Assembly (NCBI GenBank): GCA_963842015.1
Contig: CAWJFG010000021.1
Span: forward strand, 253,284-317,283
DNA: 64,000 nt
Direction: 5' to 3'
Origin: an uncultured Acidimicrobiales bacterium
GTDB taxonomy: Bacteria > Actinomycetota > Acidimicrobiia > Acidimicrobiales > VFJN01
Shown: piece by piece, positions 13,600-24,046 of the stretch
Numbering within the stretch: the stretch's first letter is position 1
Layout: each line of letters opens with the position of its first letter
The notes under the pieces: model-generated
Databases searched by the model: none
The model's input: the letters and a program-made list of their open reading frames with translations, nothing else
Told to the model about the DNA's origin: nothing
Made by a program: the position numbers and the translations under genes

Positions 13600-13621
13600 T
13601 GTCACACCCCGTCCTTAGGGT
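13600..13621 (+). promoter_or_regulatory. RecA-NDp-like (PafBC-type) promoter motif upstream of recA
   Basis: TGTCACAC-N8-TAGGGT resembles the mycobacterial tTGTCRgtg-N8-TAnnnT motif as I recall it. It is embedded in a 19-mer repeated at 33700-33718. Confidence 0.5.
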
Positions 13622-13725
13622 CGGCAGCAGTCGGTCGGGCGCCCGCCGCCCTCCGTCCTCGCAAGGTCGGCCTTCGGGTCGAGCTCCGCCTCACACCTGC
13701 ACCACCGCACGAAAGGACCACACCG

Positions 13726-14793
<1,068 letters not shown>

Positions 14794-14802
14794 TCCGCTC
14801 GC

Positions 14803-14838
14803 GGGTGTGGGGGTGGCGCGGCGGCCGCCTCCACACCC
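14803..14838 (+). terminator. Hairpin after recA
   Basis: GGGTGTGG (14803-14810) pairs with CCACACCC (14831-14838) around a GC-rich inner palindrome. A second hairpin, CCCCGAG/CTCGGGG, follows at 14848-14868. Confidence 0.45.
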
Positions 14839-14913
14839 GTGCGGTGACCCCGAGTGGGGCTCTCGGGGCCACTAAGGTCCCCCGACGTACGACGAGCGTG
14901 GCTCTGGGGGACG

Positions 14914-17900
14914 ATGACCGTCGTGAGCACTGCGACGCGCGGCACCGCTTCGGCGGCCGCACTCCGGTCCTACGGGCCGGCCATCGCCATCGTGGCGGTG
15001 CAGCAGATCTTCTTCCCGGCGCCTGCGGGGATCGTCGTGCGCGGGCTCGTGGTGGGCGGGCTCACGGCATTGATCGCCCTGGGCATGGCGCTCGTCTACC
15101 GGGCCAACCACATCATCAACTTCGCCCAGGCCGACCTGGGGCTGGCGCCGACGATCCTGGCGTTCCTGCTCATCGACCAGTCGGACGTGCCGTACCCGGT
15201 GGCCGTGGTCGTCGGCCTGGCGGCCGCGGTCCTCCTCGGGGCCACGACCGAGCGGGTCGTGATCCGGCGCTTCTCGCACTCGCCCCGCCTGCTCGTCACG
15301 GTGGCGACCATCGGCCTCAGCCAGGTGCTGGTGGCCGTCGCCATGCTGCTGCCGCGGCTCTGGGACCTCGACCTCGTGGCCGGGCGCATCGCGCCGCCGT
15401 TCGACGCCACCCGCCAGATCGGGGCGATCACCTTCGACGCCAACGACCTGCTCGGGCTCGTCGTCACCCCGATCGTCCTCGTGGCGGTGACCGCCTTCCT
15501 CCGGCGCAGCGCCGCCGGCACGGCCATCCGGGCCAGCGCCGACAGCGCCGATCGGGCCGCTCTGCTCGGCGTGCCGGTGGCGCGGCTGCAGACGCTCGTG
15601 TGGTCCGTCGCCGGGGCGCTCGCCTTCACGGCCGTGTTCCTGCGCAGCGGCATCCTCGACCTGCCGACGACCACGGCGCTGGGCTTCGGCGTGCTGCTGC
15701 GCGCCCTCGTCGCCCTCGTGCTCGGGCGCCTCACCGACCTGCCCGGGGTCGCCTCGGCGGCCGTCGCCCTCGGCGTGCTCGAGCTCGGCATCGGGTGGGA
15801 CCACGACATCTCTCTGATCGACCCCGTTCTCGGTCTGGTCGTGATCGCCGCGCTGGTGTGGCGGCGGCGCGAGGTCGGTCGGGTCGACCTGGCCGACGCC
15901 GCGGCCTGGCGGGCGGCCGACGAGGTCCGGCCGGTCCCGGCCGTGCTGGCCGCCGCGGGCGGTGCCCGGGCCGCCCGTTGGGGCGTCGTCGCCGTCGCGG
16001 CCGTGGTGGCCCTGGCCCTGCCTGCCGTCCTCAGCGCGGATCAAGAGTTCAAGGCCGCGGCCGTCCTGGTGTACGCCGTGCTGGGGCTGTCCCTGGTGCT
16101 GCTCGCCGGGTGGGGCGGCATCGTGTCCCTCGGGCAGGTCGCCTTCTTCGCCATCGGCGCCGCCGTGACCGGCTTCGTGGTCTCCGAGTGGGGGGCCGAC
16201 CTCTTCGGCGGGCTGGTGATCGCCATGGTCGTGGGGGCCGTGGTGGCCGCACTCGTCGGCATACCGGCCCTCCGGCTCCGTGGCCTCTACCTGGCGGTGA
16301 CCACGTTCGCGTTCGCGCTGGCGACGACGTCCTACCTGCTCGACGACGACCGGTTCGGCTGGGTGCCCGACGCACGCATCGAGCGCGCCCCGTTGCTGGG
16401 CGGGTTCGAGGTCTCGTCCGAGGCCGCGACCTACTACCTCGCCCTCGGGGTGTTCGTGCTGGTCGGCCTCGGCCTGCGCGGCGTGCGGACCGGCCGCTTC
16501 GGCCGCGCGCTCGTGGCGGTGCGCGACAACGAGCCGGCCGCCGAGTCGTACGCCGTCGACCCGATCCGCCTCCGCCTGGTGGCCTTCAGCCTGTCGGGCG
16601 CGATCGCCGCCCTGGCCGGTGGGCTCTTCGTCCACCACGAGCGCGCTTTCGACCCGTCGTCGTACTCGTCCGTCGAGAACCTCGTCGTGCTCACGATGGT
16701 CGTGATCGGGGGCATGACCTCCGTCGCCGGCGCGCTGCTCGGTGCCCTGGCGCTGCTGGGCTCCCGGTGGTTCCTCGATCCCGAGTGGCAGTTCCTCGCC
16801 TCGGGCCTCGGCGTGCTGCTGATCCTGCTGTTGGCGCCGGGCGGCCTCGCGGGCCTGGCCTACCGGGCCCGTGACGCGTGGCTGCGCCTCGTCGCGATCC
16901 GAGGCGGTCTGCGGGTCCCCGGCTTCGGAGCGCCGGCACCCGGTCCGGCGTCCGAGGCGACGGCCGACACGGCCGACGTCCGCGCGCCCGTCGCCGAACC
17001 GGCCGGCCACGGCTCCGGCTCCGGCGCCGTGCTCCTGCGGGTCCAGGGCGTCGAGGCGGGGTACGGCGGCGTGCCGGTCCTCACGGGTGTCGACCTGGTC
17101 GGTGCACGAGGGCGAGGCCGTGGCCCTGCTCGGCACGAACGGGGCCGGCAAGTCGACCCTGCTCCGCGCCGTCTCGGGGCTGGTCCCCGTCACCGAGGGC
17201 TCGATCGTCTTCGACGGCGACGACATCACGGGGCTGGCACCGCACCTGGTGGCGGCCCGCGGCGTCGTGCAGATGCCCGGCGGCGCGGGCGTGTTCCCGT
17301 CGTTGACCGTGGCGGAGAACCTGCGGGTGGCCGGGTGGCTCCACCGCCACGACGCCGTGGCCGACCCGCTGAGCGCCGACCTCGGCGAGCTGTTCCCCAT
17401 CCTCGACGCCCGTGCCGACGAGCACGCGGCCAACCTGTCCGGTGGCCAGCAGCAGATGCTGGCCCTGGCGATGGCCGTCCTCATGCGGCCGCGACTGCTC
17501 ATGATCGACGAGCTGTCCCTCGGCCTGGCCCCGGCCGTGGTGGCCGACCTGCTGCGCTTCGTCGACCGCCTGCGCGACGAGGGCACGACGCTGCTGATCG
17601 TCGAGCAGTCCGTGAACGTCGCGCTCGAGCTCGCCGACCGGGCGGTGTTCCTCGAGCGGGGCCGCGTCCGCTTCTCGGGGCCCGCGTCCGACCTCCTCGG
17701 CCGCACCGACCTGCTGCGCTCGGTGTTCCTCGGCTCGGCCTCGTCAGCCCCGATGGCCGCCGCCCCGCCGGCGCACGATGCTTCCGCCGCGCCTGCCGAG
17801 GTGCAGCCCGCGTCGGGCGGCGCGTTGCTGCGGGCGGTCGAGCTCAGCGCCTCGTTCGGCGGCGTGCGGGCGGTCGACGGCGTCTCGTTCGACGTGGCGC

Positions 17901-18632
17901 CGGGCGAGGTGGTCGGGATCATCGGGCCCAACGGGGCGGGGAAGACCACCGTGTTCAACCTGCTCGGCGGGGCGCAGCCCGTCGACGCAGGTCGGGTCGT
18001 CCTGGCGGGTGACGACGTCACCGCGCTGCCGGCCGCCGCCCGGGCCCGCCGGGGTCTGGGCCGCTCGTTCCAGGACGCCCGGTTGTTCCCGGCGCTCACG
18101 GTCGACGAGACGATCGCACTGGCCCTCGAACGCTGGGTCGAGGTCGGCGATCCGCTGTCGGCCGCCTTCCACCTTCCGAATGCGGTCAGCAGCGAGCTGG
18201 CCGTCGGCACGCGGGTCGACGAGCTGGTCGAGCTGCTCGGCCTGGGGGACGTGCGTCCCCTGTTCGTGCGCGAGCTGTCGACGGGCACCCGGCGCGTCGT
18301 CGACCTCGCGTGCCTGCTGGCGTTCCGGCCCCGTGTGGTGCTGCTCGACGAGCCGGCCGCGGGCATCGCCCAGCGCGAGGTCGAGCAGCTCGCGCCGCTG
18401 GTGCGCCGCATCCGGGACGAGACCGGTGCCAGCCTGGTCGTCGTCGAGCACGACCTGCCGTTCGTGCGGGCGATCGCCGATCGTGTGGTGGCGATGGACC
18501 AGGGCAGGGTGCTGGCCGACGGCGCGCCCGACAGCGGTGTTGTCCGCACCCGAGGTGGTGGCCGCCTACATCGGTGACGACGTGCGCGCCGCGAGCCGGT
18601 CGGGTCCGATCGGCGCAGGCCAGGCACCGTGA
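14914..18632 (+). pseudogene. Branched-chain-amino-acid-type ABC importer read as one LivH-LivM-LivF-LivG fusion, with two +1 frame breaks (about 17095-17098 and 18531-18537)
   Basis: No stop separates the modules: LivH-like (ALGMALVYRANHIINFAQADLG), LivM-like (LGLSLVLLAGWGGIVSLGQVAFFAIGA), ATPase 1 and ATPase 2. ATPase 1 carries GTNGAGKSTLL, LSGGQQQML and LLMIDELSLGLAP. ATPase 2 carries GPNGAGKTTVFN, VLLDEPAAG, VVVEHDL and the ending PEVVAAYIG. Confidence 0.8.
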
Positions 18633-18651
18633 GCGGGGGAGCGATCCGACG

Positions 18652-20445
18652 ATGAGCGAGTCCGAGTCACAGCCCGAGCAGCAACCACAGCCCGAGTCCG
18701 AGTCACGGCCCGACCAGCAACCACAGCCCGAGACCGAGTCACGGCCCGAGCAGCAACCACCGCCCGGGCCCGATCGGCACCTCCTGCGTCGCTACGGCCC
18801 CATCGGGGCGGTGATGGTGGTCGTCGCCGCGCTCGTGGGGGTGTCGTTCCTCGGCGACGACGAGCCGTCGTCGACGAGCTCCGCCACCACGGCGCCGACG
18901 GCCACGGCCGAGGGCGAGCTGCCCGAGGGCGTCACGACCTGGACCATGGCCGAGCAGCAGGGCCTCGAGGTCGACTGGCCCGCGACGTGCGACACCGAGA
19001 CCGGCCGGGTCGCCATCCCGTTCTTCTTCCGCGCCGAGTGCGTGGCCGGCGGCGACGAGAACGACGGCGCCACGGCGCCCGGGGTCACGGGCGACACGAT
19101 CACCGTGGTCGCCTGGCTGCCCAACGACTCCGATCCGATCTACGGCATCGTCCGCCAGGCGCTCGGCATCGACGACTCGGTCGACGAGATCCGCGCCACC
19201 TACGAGGGGCTGGCCGAGGTCTTCCAGGCGTCGTACGAGACCTACGGTCGCACCGTCGAGCTCGAGTTCGTGCAGGCGTCGGGCACGATGCTCGACCCCG
19301 TGGCCGCGCGGGCCGACGCCATCCGGGCGGCCGAGTACGAGCCGTTCGCGGTCTGGGGCGGTCCTCTGCTCGCGTCGACGTGGACCGAGGAGCTGCACGC
19401 TCGCGGCATCGTGTGCATGGCCTGCCCGGGCATCGACGACTCGGCGCCCACCTCGTTCGGCATCCAGCCCAGCCAGTCGCAGATCCAGGCGCACGTCGTG
19501 TCCTACGTGACCGAGAAGTTGGCGGGTGGCACCGCCGAGTTCGCGGGGGAGGGCAGCCAGGGCGACGAGCGTGTGTTCGGCCTGCTCTACCTCACCCAGA
19601 ACGACGCCGACGAGCGCCGGGTCGACCGCTACGTCGAGGCGTTCGACGAGGAGGGGATCGAGATCGCCGAGACCGGCATGTTCCCGCTCGACCCCGGCCG
19701 GGCGCAGGAGCTGGCCACCGGCATCATCGCCCGCATGAAGGACGCGGGGGTGACGACCGTGATCGTCCGGGCCGACCCGATCACGCTGCCGGCGTTCACC
19801 CGCGAGGCGACGAAGCAGGGCTGGTACCCCGAGTGGGTCATCGGGGGCTTCCAGTTCACCGACACGTCCACGTTCGCCCGCACGTTCGACCAGGAGCAGT
19901 GGGCCCACGCCTTCGGCCTCAGCTTCCTGCCGCCGTCGGCACCCCCCGACATCACCCCGGCGTACAGCCTGTACCAGTGGTTCCACGGCGAGCCGCCGCC
20001 GGCCGACGACAGCCTGATCCTCACCTACCCGCAGGTGGCCCTGTTCTTCACCGCGCTGCACCTCGCAGGTCCCGACCTCACCGCCGAGCACTACCGCGAC
20101 GCCCTGTTCGCCTTCCCACCCACACCCGACGCCCGCACCCAGCCGTCGGTCGACTACGGCTTCGGCATCTGGCACGACCCCACCAAGCCCCGCGACGAGT
20201 ACGAGGGTGACTACGAGGGCATCGACGACATGGTCGAGCTCTGGTGGGACGCCGAGGCCGAGGGCCCCGACGAGACGGGTGCCGAGGGAACCGGGCTGTA
20301 CCGGTATGTGAACGACGGGCAGCGGTACCTGCCGAGCGACTACACGTCCGAGATCGAGGTGTTCGATCGCGAGCGGTCGGTGACCCAGATCGTCGACCCG
20401 CCGGCGGCCGAGATCCCGCCCGATTACCCGCCGCCCGCGGGCTGA
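18652..20445 (+). CDS. ABC transporter substrate-binding protein (type I PBP, Liv family-like), membrane-anchored
   Basis: The ATG at 18652 lies inside ORF 18310..20445. An acidic/Gln-Pro repeat N-terminus and a TM anchor (IGAVMVVVAALVGVSFLG) precede the PBP-like body (GVTGDTITVVAWLPN...). It lies directly downstream of the transporter. Confidence 0.8.
   Translation: MSESESQPEQQPQPESESRPDQQPQPETESRPEQQPPPGPDRHLLRRYGPIGAVMVVVAALVGVSFLGDDEPSSTSSATTAPTATAEGELPEGVTTWTMAEQQGLEVDWPATCDTETGRVAIPFFFRAECVAGGDENDGATAPGVTGDTITVVAWLPNDSDPIYGIVRQALGIDDSVDEIRATYEGLAEVFQASYETYGRTVELEFVQASGTMLDPVAARADAIRAAEYEPFAVWGGPLLASTWTEELHARGIVCMACPGIDDSAPTSFGIQPSQSQIQAHVVSYVTEKLAGGTAEFAGEGSQGDERVFGLLYLTQNDADERRVDRYVEAFDEEGIEIAETGMFPLDPGRAQELATGIIARMKDAGVTTVIVRADPITLPAFTREATKQGWYPEWVIGGFQFTDTSTFARTFDQEQWAHAFGLSFLPPSAPPDITPAYSLYQWFHGEPPPADDSLILTYPQVALFFTALHLAGPDLTAEHYRDALFAFPPTPDARTQPSVDYGFGIWHDPTKPRDEYEGDYEGIDDMVELWWDAEAEGPDETGAEGTGLYRYVNDGQRYLPSDYTSEIEVFDRERSVTQIVDPPAAEIPPDYPPPAG
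18658..18765 (+). repeat. Three tandem 36-nt coding repeats
   Basis: The units are 18658-18693, 18694-18729 and 18730-18765. They encode ESESQPEQQPQP / ESESRPDQQPQP / ETESRPEQQPPP. Confidence 0.9.
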
Positions 20446-20523
20446 GGGGCGGCGGAGCGGGTCGCGTAGCCTGGGGCGGTCCCTGCGGCCGAACCCGGCC
20501 GCTCCTCCCGCCCGAAGCGACCC

Positions 20524-21946
20524 ATGAGCGACAAGACCTACATCGTCCGCACCTACGGGTGTCAGATGAACGAGCACGACTCCGAGCGCATCGCCGGGCT
20601 GCTCGAGGCCGACGGCCTGCGTCCGGCGGCTGGGCGTCGACGACGCCGACGTCGTGGTCCTCAACACCTGCTGCATCCGCGAGAACGCCGACAACAAGCT
20701 GTACGGCCACCTCGGGCAGCTGAAGGCGATGAAGGCCGAGCGCCCCGACATGCAGATCGTCGTCGGCGGGTGCCTCGCCCAGAAGGACCGCGACCTCATC
20801 GTCGAGCGGGCGCCCCATGTCGACGTGGTGCTCGGCACCCACAACGTCGGCCGGGCGGCCGAGCTGCTGGGCGAGCAGCGGGCGGCGGGCAGATCGATCG
20901 TCGAGATCCTCGAGGAGACGGCGGCCGACGACCACGAATCGTTCCCGAGCGCGCTGCCGGCGCGCCGCGAGGTGCCGTACGCGGGCTGGGTCACGATCCA
21001 GATCGGGTGCGACAACTCGTGCGCGTTCTGCATCGTGCCCGCGGTCCGGGGTCGCGAGATCAGCCGCACGTTCGACGACGTGGTCGGCGAGGTCGAGGTG
21101 CTGGCGGCCGACGGCGTGACCGAGGTGACGCTGCTCGGTCAGAACGTCAACAGCTACGGGCGCGACCTGACGCTGGCCCGCCGGCAGGCCGGCGACGACG
21201 TCCGGGTCCGCCCGCTGTTCGCCGACCTGCTGCGGGCGGTGGGCGAGATCGAGGGCATCCGCCGGGTCCGCTACACGAGCCCGCACCCCAAGGACCTGCG
21301 CCCCGAGACGATCGCGGCGATGGCCGAGGTGCCCGAGGTGTGCGAGCACCTGCACCTGCCGCTGCAGGCGGGGAGCGACCGGGTGCTGGCCGCCATGCAC
21401 CGGGGCTACACGGCCGAGCGCTACCTCGAGCGTCTGGCCGCGGCTCGGGCCGCCATGCCCGACCTCGCCGTCACCACCGACATCATCGTGGGCTTCCCCG
21501 GCGAGACCGAGGACGACTTCGAGCGCACCCTCGAGGTCACGGCCGAGGCGGGCTACGACAGCGCCTACACGTTCATCTACAGCCCTCGGCCGGGCACCGA
21601 GGCGGCCGAGCGCGTCGACGAGTTCGTTCCGGCCGAGGTGACCCGCGAGCGCTTCGAGCGCCTGCGGGTGGTGGTCGAGCGCTCGGCGCTGGCCCGGCAC
21701 CGGGCGCGGGTCGGCCGGGTGGAAGAGGTCATGGTCGAGGGGCCGTCCCGCAAGGATCCCGCGATGACCACCGGGCGCACCGAGCACAACAAGCTGGTGC
21801 ACTTCGCATCGCCCGAGCCGCTGCGGGCGGGGACGTACGCGACGGTCCGCGTGACCGGCGCCGCGCCACACCACCTCACCGGCGACCTCACCGAGGTCAC
21901 GGTGCCGGCCCGCCATCGCACGCGGATCCCGGTGGCCTCGGCGTGA
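20524..21946 (+). pseudogene. miaB: tRNA-i6A37 methylthiotransferase MiaB with one +1 frame break at about 20630-20634
   Basis: [36 protein letters not shown] reads in frame 1. It continues in frame 2 as [27 protein letters not shown]..., with radical-SAM [11 protein letters not shown] and a TRAM end. Confidence 0.85.
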
Positions 21947-22488
21947 GTGCGGCGGGCGGCGTCGCCGACCCGCAACCCGTGCTGGAGATCACCGCGGAGC
22001 CCTTCGACGGTCCGGTCTCGCAGGCGCTGGTCGGGGCGCTGATGGGCGACCTGGACGAGCGCTACGCGGCGGACGGTGCGGGCGACGGCGACAGCCACGA
22101 GATGATGGCGCAGTTCGCCGTGCGGGCCGACCAGGTCACCCCGCCGGTGGGGATCTTCCTGGTGGCCCGGCTCGACGGCGAGCCGGCGGGGTGCGGGGCG
22201 GTGCGCCGGGTGATCGGCGGTCCGGCCGAGGCCGGCGAGATCAAGCGCATGTACACGGTGCCGGAGGCCCGGCGCAGGGGGGTCAGCCGCGCCCTGCTGG
22301 TCAGCCTCGAGGCCGAGGCCGCTGCGCTGGGCTACACCAGCCTGCAGCTCGAGACCGGGTTGCGGCAGCCCGAGGCCATCGCCCTGTACGAGACGGCCGG
22401 GTACCACCGCATCGCGTCGTACGGGCAGTACCAGGGGGACGACCTGTCGGTCTGCTTCGCCAAGGACCTCGCACCCTTGCGTCTCTAG
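21943..22488 (+). CDS. GNAT family N-acetyltransferase
   Basis: GTGA overlap with the miaB stop. The acetyl-CoA motif [10 protein letters not shown] and YETAGYHRI are present. Confidence 0.8.
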   Translation: MSAAGGVADPQPVLEITAEPFDGPVSQALVGALMGDLDERYAADGAGDGDSHEMMAQFAVRADQVTPPVGIFLVARLDGEPAGCGAVRRVIGGPAEAGEIKRMYTVPEARRRGVSRALLVSLEAEAAALGYTSLQLETGLRQPEAIALYETAGYHRIASYGQYQGDDLSVCFAKDLAPLRL

Positions 22489-22530
22489 AGCGTTCGCTCT
22501 AGAGTGTCCGCTCTAGAGCGATCGCTCTAC
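22482..22530. repeat. 3.5 tandem copies of a 14-bp unit, each carrying the palindrome CTCTAGAG (candidate operator array)
   Basis: CTCTAGAGCGTTCG (22483), CTCTAGAGTGTCCG (22497), CTCTAGAGCGATCG (22511) and CTCTAC (22525). The third copy extends to the perfect 12-bp palindrome CGCTCTAGAGCG. Confidence 0.85.
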
Positions 22531-22562
22531 CTGCGGTCGCCGACGAGCCGAGGAGCGAACCC

Positions 22563-23453
22563 ATGCCCGCCATCGAGCTGTCCGCCGGCACGATCGACTA
22601 CCTCGACACCGGGGGCGACGGCCCGGTCGTGGTCCCGGTGCACGGTGTGATGATGGACGCCACGGTCTGGCGAGAGGTGGTCGCCGACCTGCGCACCGAC
22701 CACCGCTGCGTCGTCCCGACCCTGCCGCTCGGCGCCCATCGCCGGCCGATGCGGCCCGGCGCCGACCTGTCGATGACCGGCCAGGCCGACCTGCTCGGCG
22801 AGCTCATCGAGCGCCTCGGCCTCGACGACCTCACGCTGGTCGCCAACGACTGGGGCGGCCCGCTCGTCACCGCGGTGCGGCATGCCGACCTCGTCGACCG
22901 CCTGGTCGTGACGCCGTGCGAGGCGTTCGACAACATGCCCCCGGGCCTCCCGGGCCGGTTCGCCGAGATCGCGGGGAAGATGCCGGGCGGCGTCTTCCTC
23001 GCCGTCCAGGCGCTGCGGGTGCCGGCGCTGCGCCGCCTGCCGACGACCTTCGGGCCGATGGCCGCCTCCCCGATCCCGGGCGACCTCGCGGCCGGCTGGA
23101 TCTCTTCTGCCCGCCACCAGCGGGCCGTGCGCCACGACCTCGAGACCTACATCCGCTCCACCGAGCGCGGCGTGCTCGACGCCATCGTCGACGACCTGGC
23201 CGCGCTCGACATCCCGACCCTCGTCGCCTGGACCACTGACGGTCGGGTCATGCCCGCCGAGCACGGTCCGCGCCTCGCCGAGCTGCTGCCGCACGGCCAC
23301 TACGCGGAGATCCCCGACGGTCGCGTCCTCGTCCAGCTCGACCAGCCCGGCACCGTCGCCGGCATGATCCGCACCTTCATCTCCGACCATCCCCTGGCCG
23401 ATCCGCGGCCCCCTCGCCCCGCGGTGCACGCGTGGGTCGAGCCCCGGCCGTGA
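22563..23453 (+). CDS. Alpha/beta-fold hydrolase (haloalkane dehalogenase/epoxide hydrolase-like)
   Basis: VVVPVHGVMMD and the nucleophile elbow VANDWGGPL are present; the length of 296 aa is typical. Confidence 0.8.
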   Translation: MPAIELSAGTIDYLDTGGDGPVVVPVHGVMMDATVWREVVADLRTDHRCVVPTLPLGAHRRPMRPGADLSMTGQADLLGELIERLGLDDLTLVANDWGGPLVTAVRHADLVDRLVVTPCEAFDNMPPGLPGRFAEIAGKMPGGVFLAVQALRVPALRRLPTTFGPMAASPIPGDLAAGWISSARHQRAVRHDLETYIRSTERGVLDAIVDDLAALDIPTLVAWTTDGRVMPAEHGPRLAELLPHGHYAEIPDGRVLVQLDQPGTVAGMIRTFISDHPLADPRPPRPAVHAWVEPRP

Positions 23454-24022
23454 CCGAGACCCGCGACCGCATCGTCGACGCGGCCGTCGACCTGTTCCGG
23501 GTGCACGGTTACACGGGCACGGCCATGAAGCAGGTCGTCGCCGCGGCCGACGCGCCGTTCGGCTCGGTGTACCACCACTTCCGCGGCGGCAAGGAGGAGC
23601 TGGCGGCGGCGGCCATCGAGCGGGCCGGCGTCGTCTATCGGGACCTCGTCCTCGAGATTCTGGACGCGGAGGACGACGTGGTGACCGGGACGCGGGCGGT
23701 CTTCGACGCGGCCGCCGCCGTCCTCGAGGCCACCGACTACGCGGACGTGTGCCCCGTCGCCACCGTCGCCCTCGAGGTGGCGAGCACCAGCGAGCCGCTG
23801 CGGGCCGCCTGCGACGCGGTCTTCGCCGACTGGATCGACACGCTCGCGGGGCGGATGGAGGCCGGGGGTGCGCCGCCCGCGGCGGCGCGGTCCGCCGCCA
23901 TCGCCTTCATCTCGTTGGTCGAGGGTGGGTTCCTGCTGTGCCGGACGGCCCGGACCCCCGAGGCGATGCGCGCCAACGGTGACGCCGCGGTGGCGGTCGT
24001 GGCCGGGGCCGTCGATCGCTGA
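23450..24022 (+). CDS. TetR family transcriptional regulator
   Basis: TRDRIVDAAVDLFRVHGYTGTAMKQVVAAADAPFGSVYHHFRGGKEEL HTH. GTG 23450 overlaps the hydrolase stop as GTGA; ATG 23432 is the alternative start. Confidence 0.85.
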   Translation: MTETRDRIVDAAVDLFRVHGYTGTAMKQVVAAADAPFGSVYHHFRGGKEELAAAAIERAGVVYRDLVLEILDAEDDVVTGTRAVFDAAAAVLEATDYADVCPVATVALEVASTSEPLRAACDAVFADWIDTLAGRMEAGGAPPAAARSAAIAFISLVEGGFLLCRTARTPEAMRANGDAAVAVVAGAVDR

Positions 24023-24046
24023 CGGCCCCGCCCCGGCCCCTCCGGA

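Noticed and set aside
14872-18627. 1251-aa ORF on the minus strand
   Set aside because: It is antisense to the Liv-type transporter and has no recognisable domains. It is a GC-rich antisense artefact.
18658-22530. CRISPR array (because of the 36-nt and 14-nt tandem repeats)
   Set aside because: The 36-nt repeats are contiguous, in frame and coding. The 14-nt repeats have no spacers. No cas genes are present anywhere in the window.
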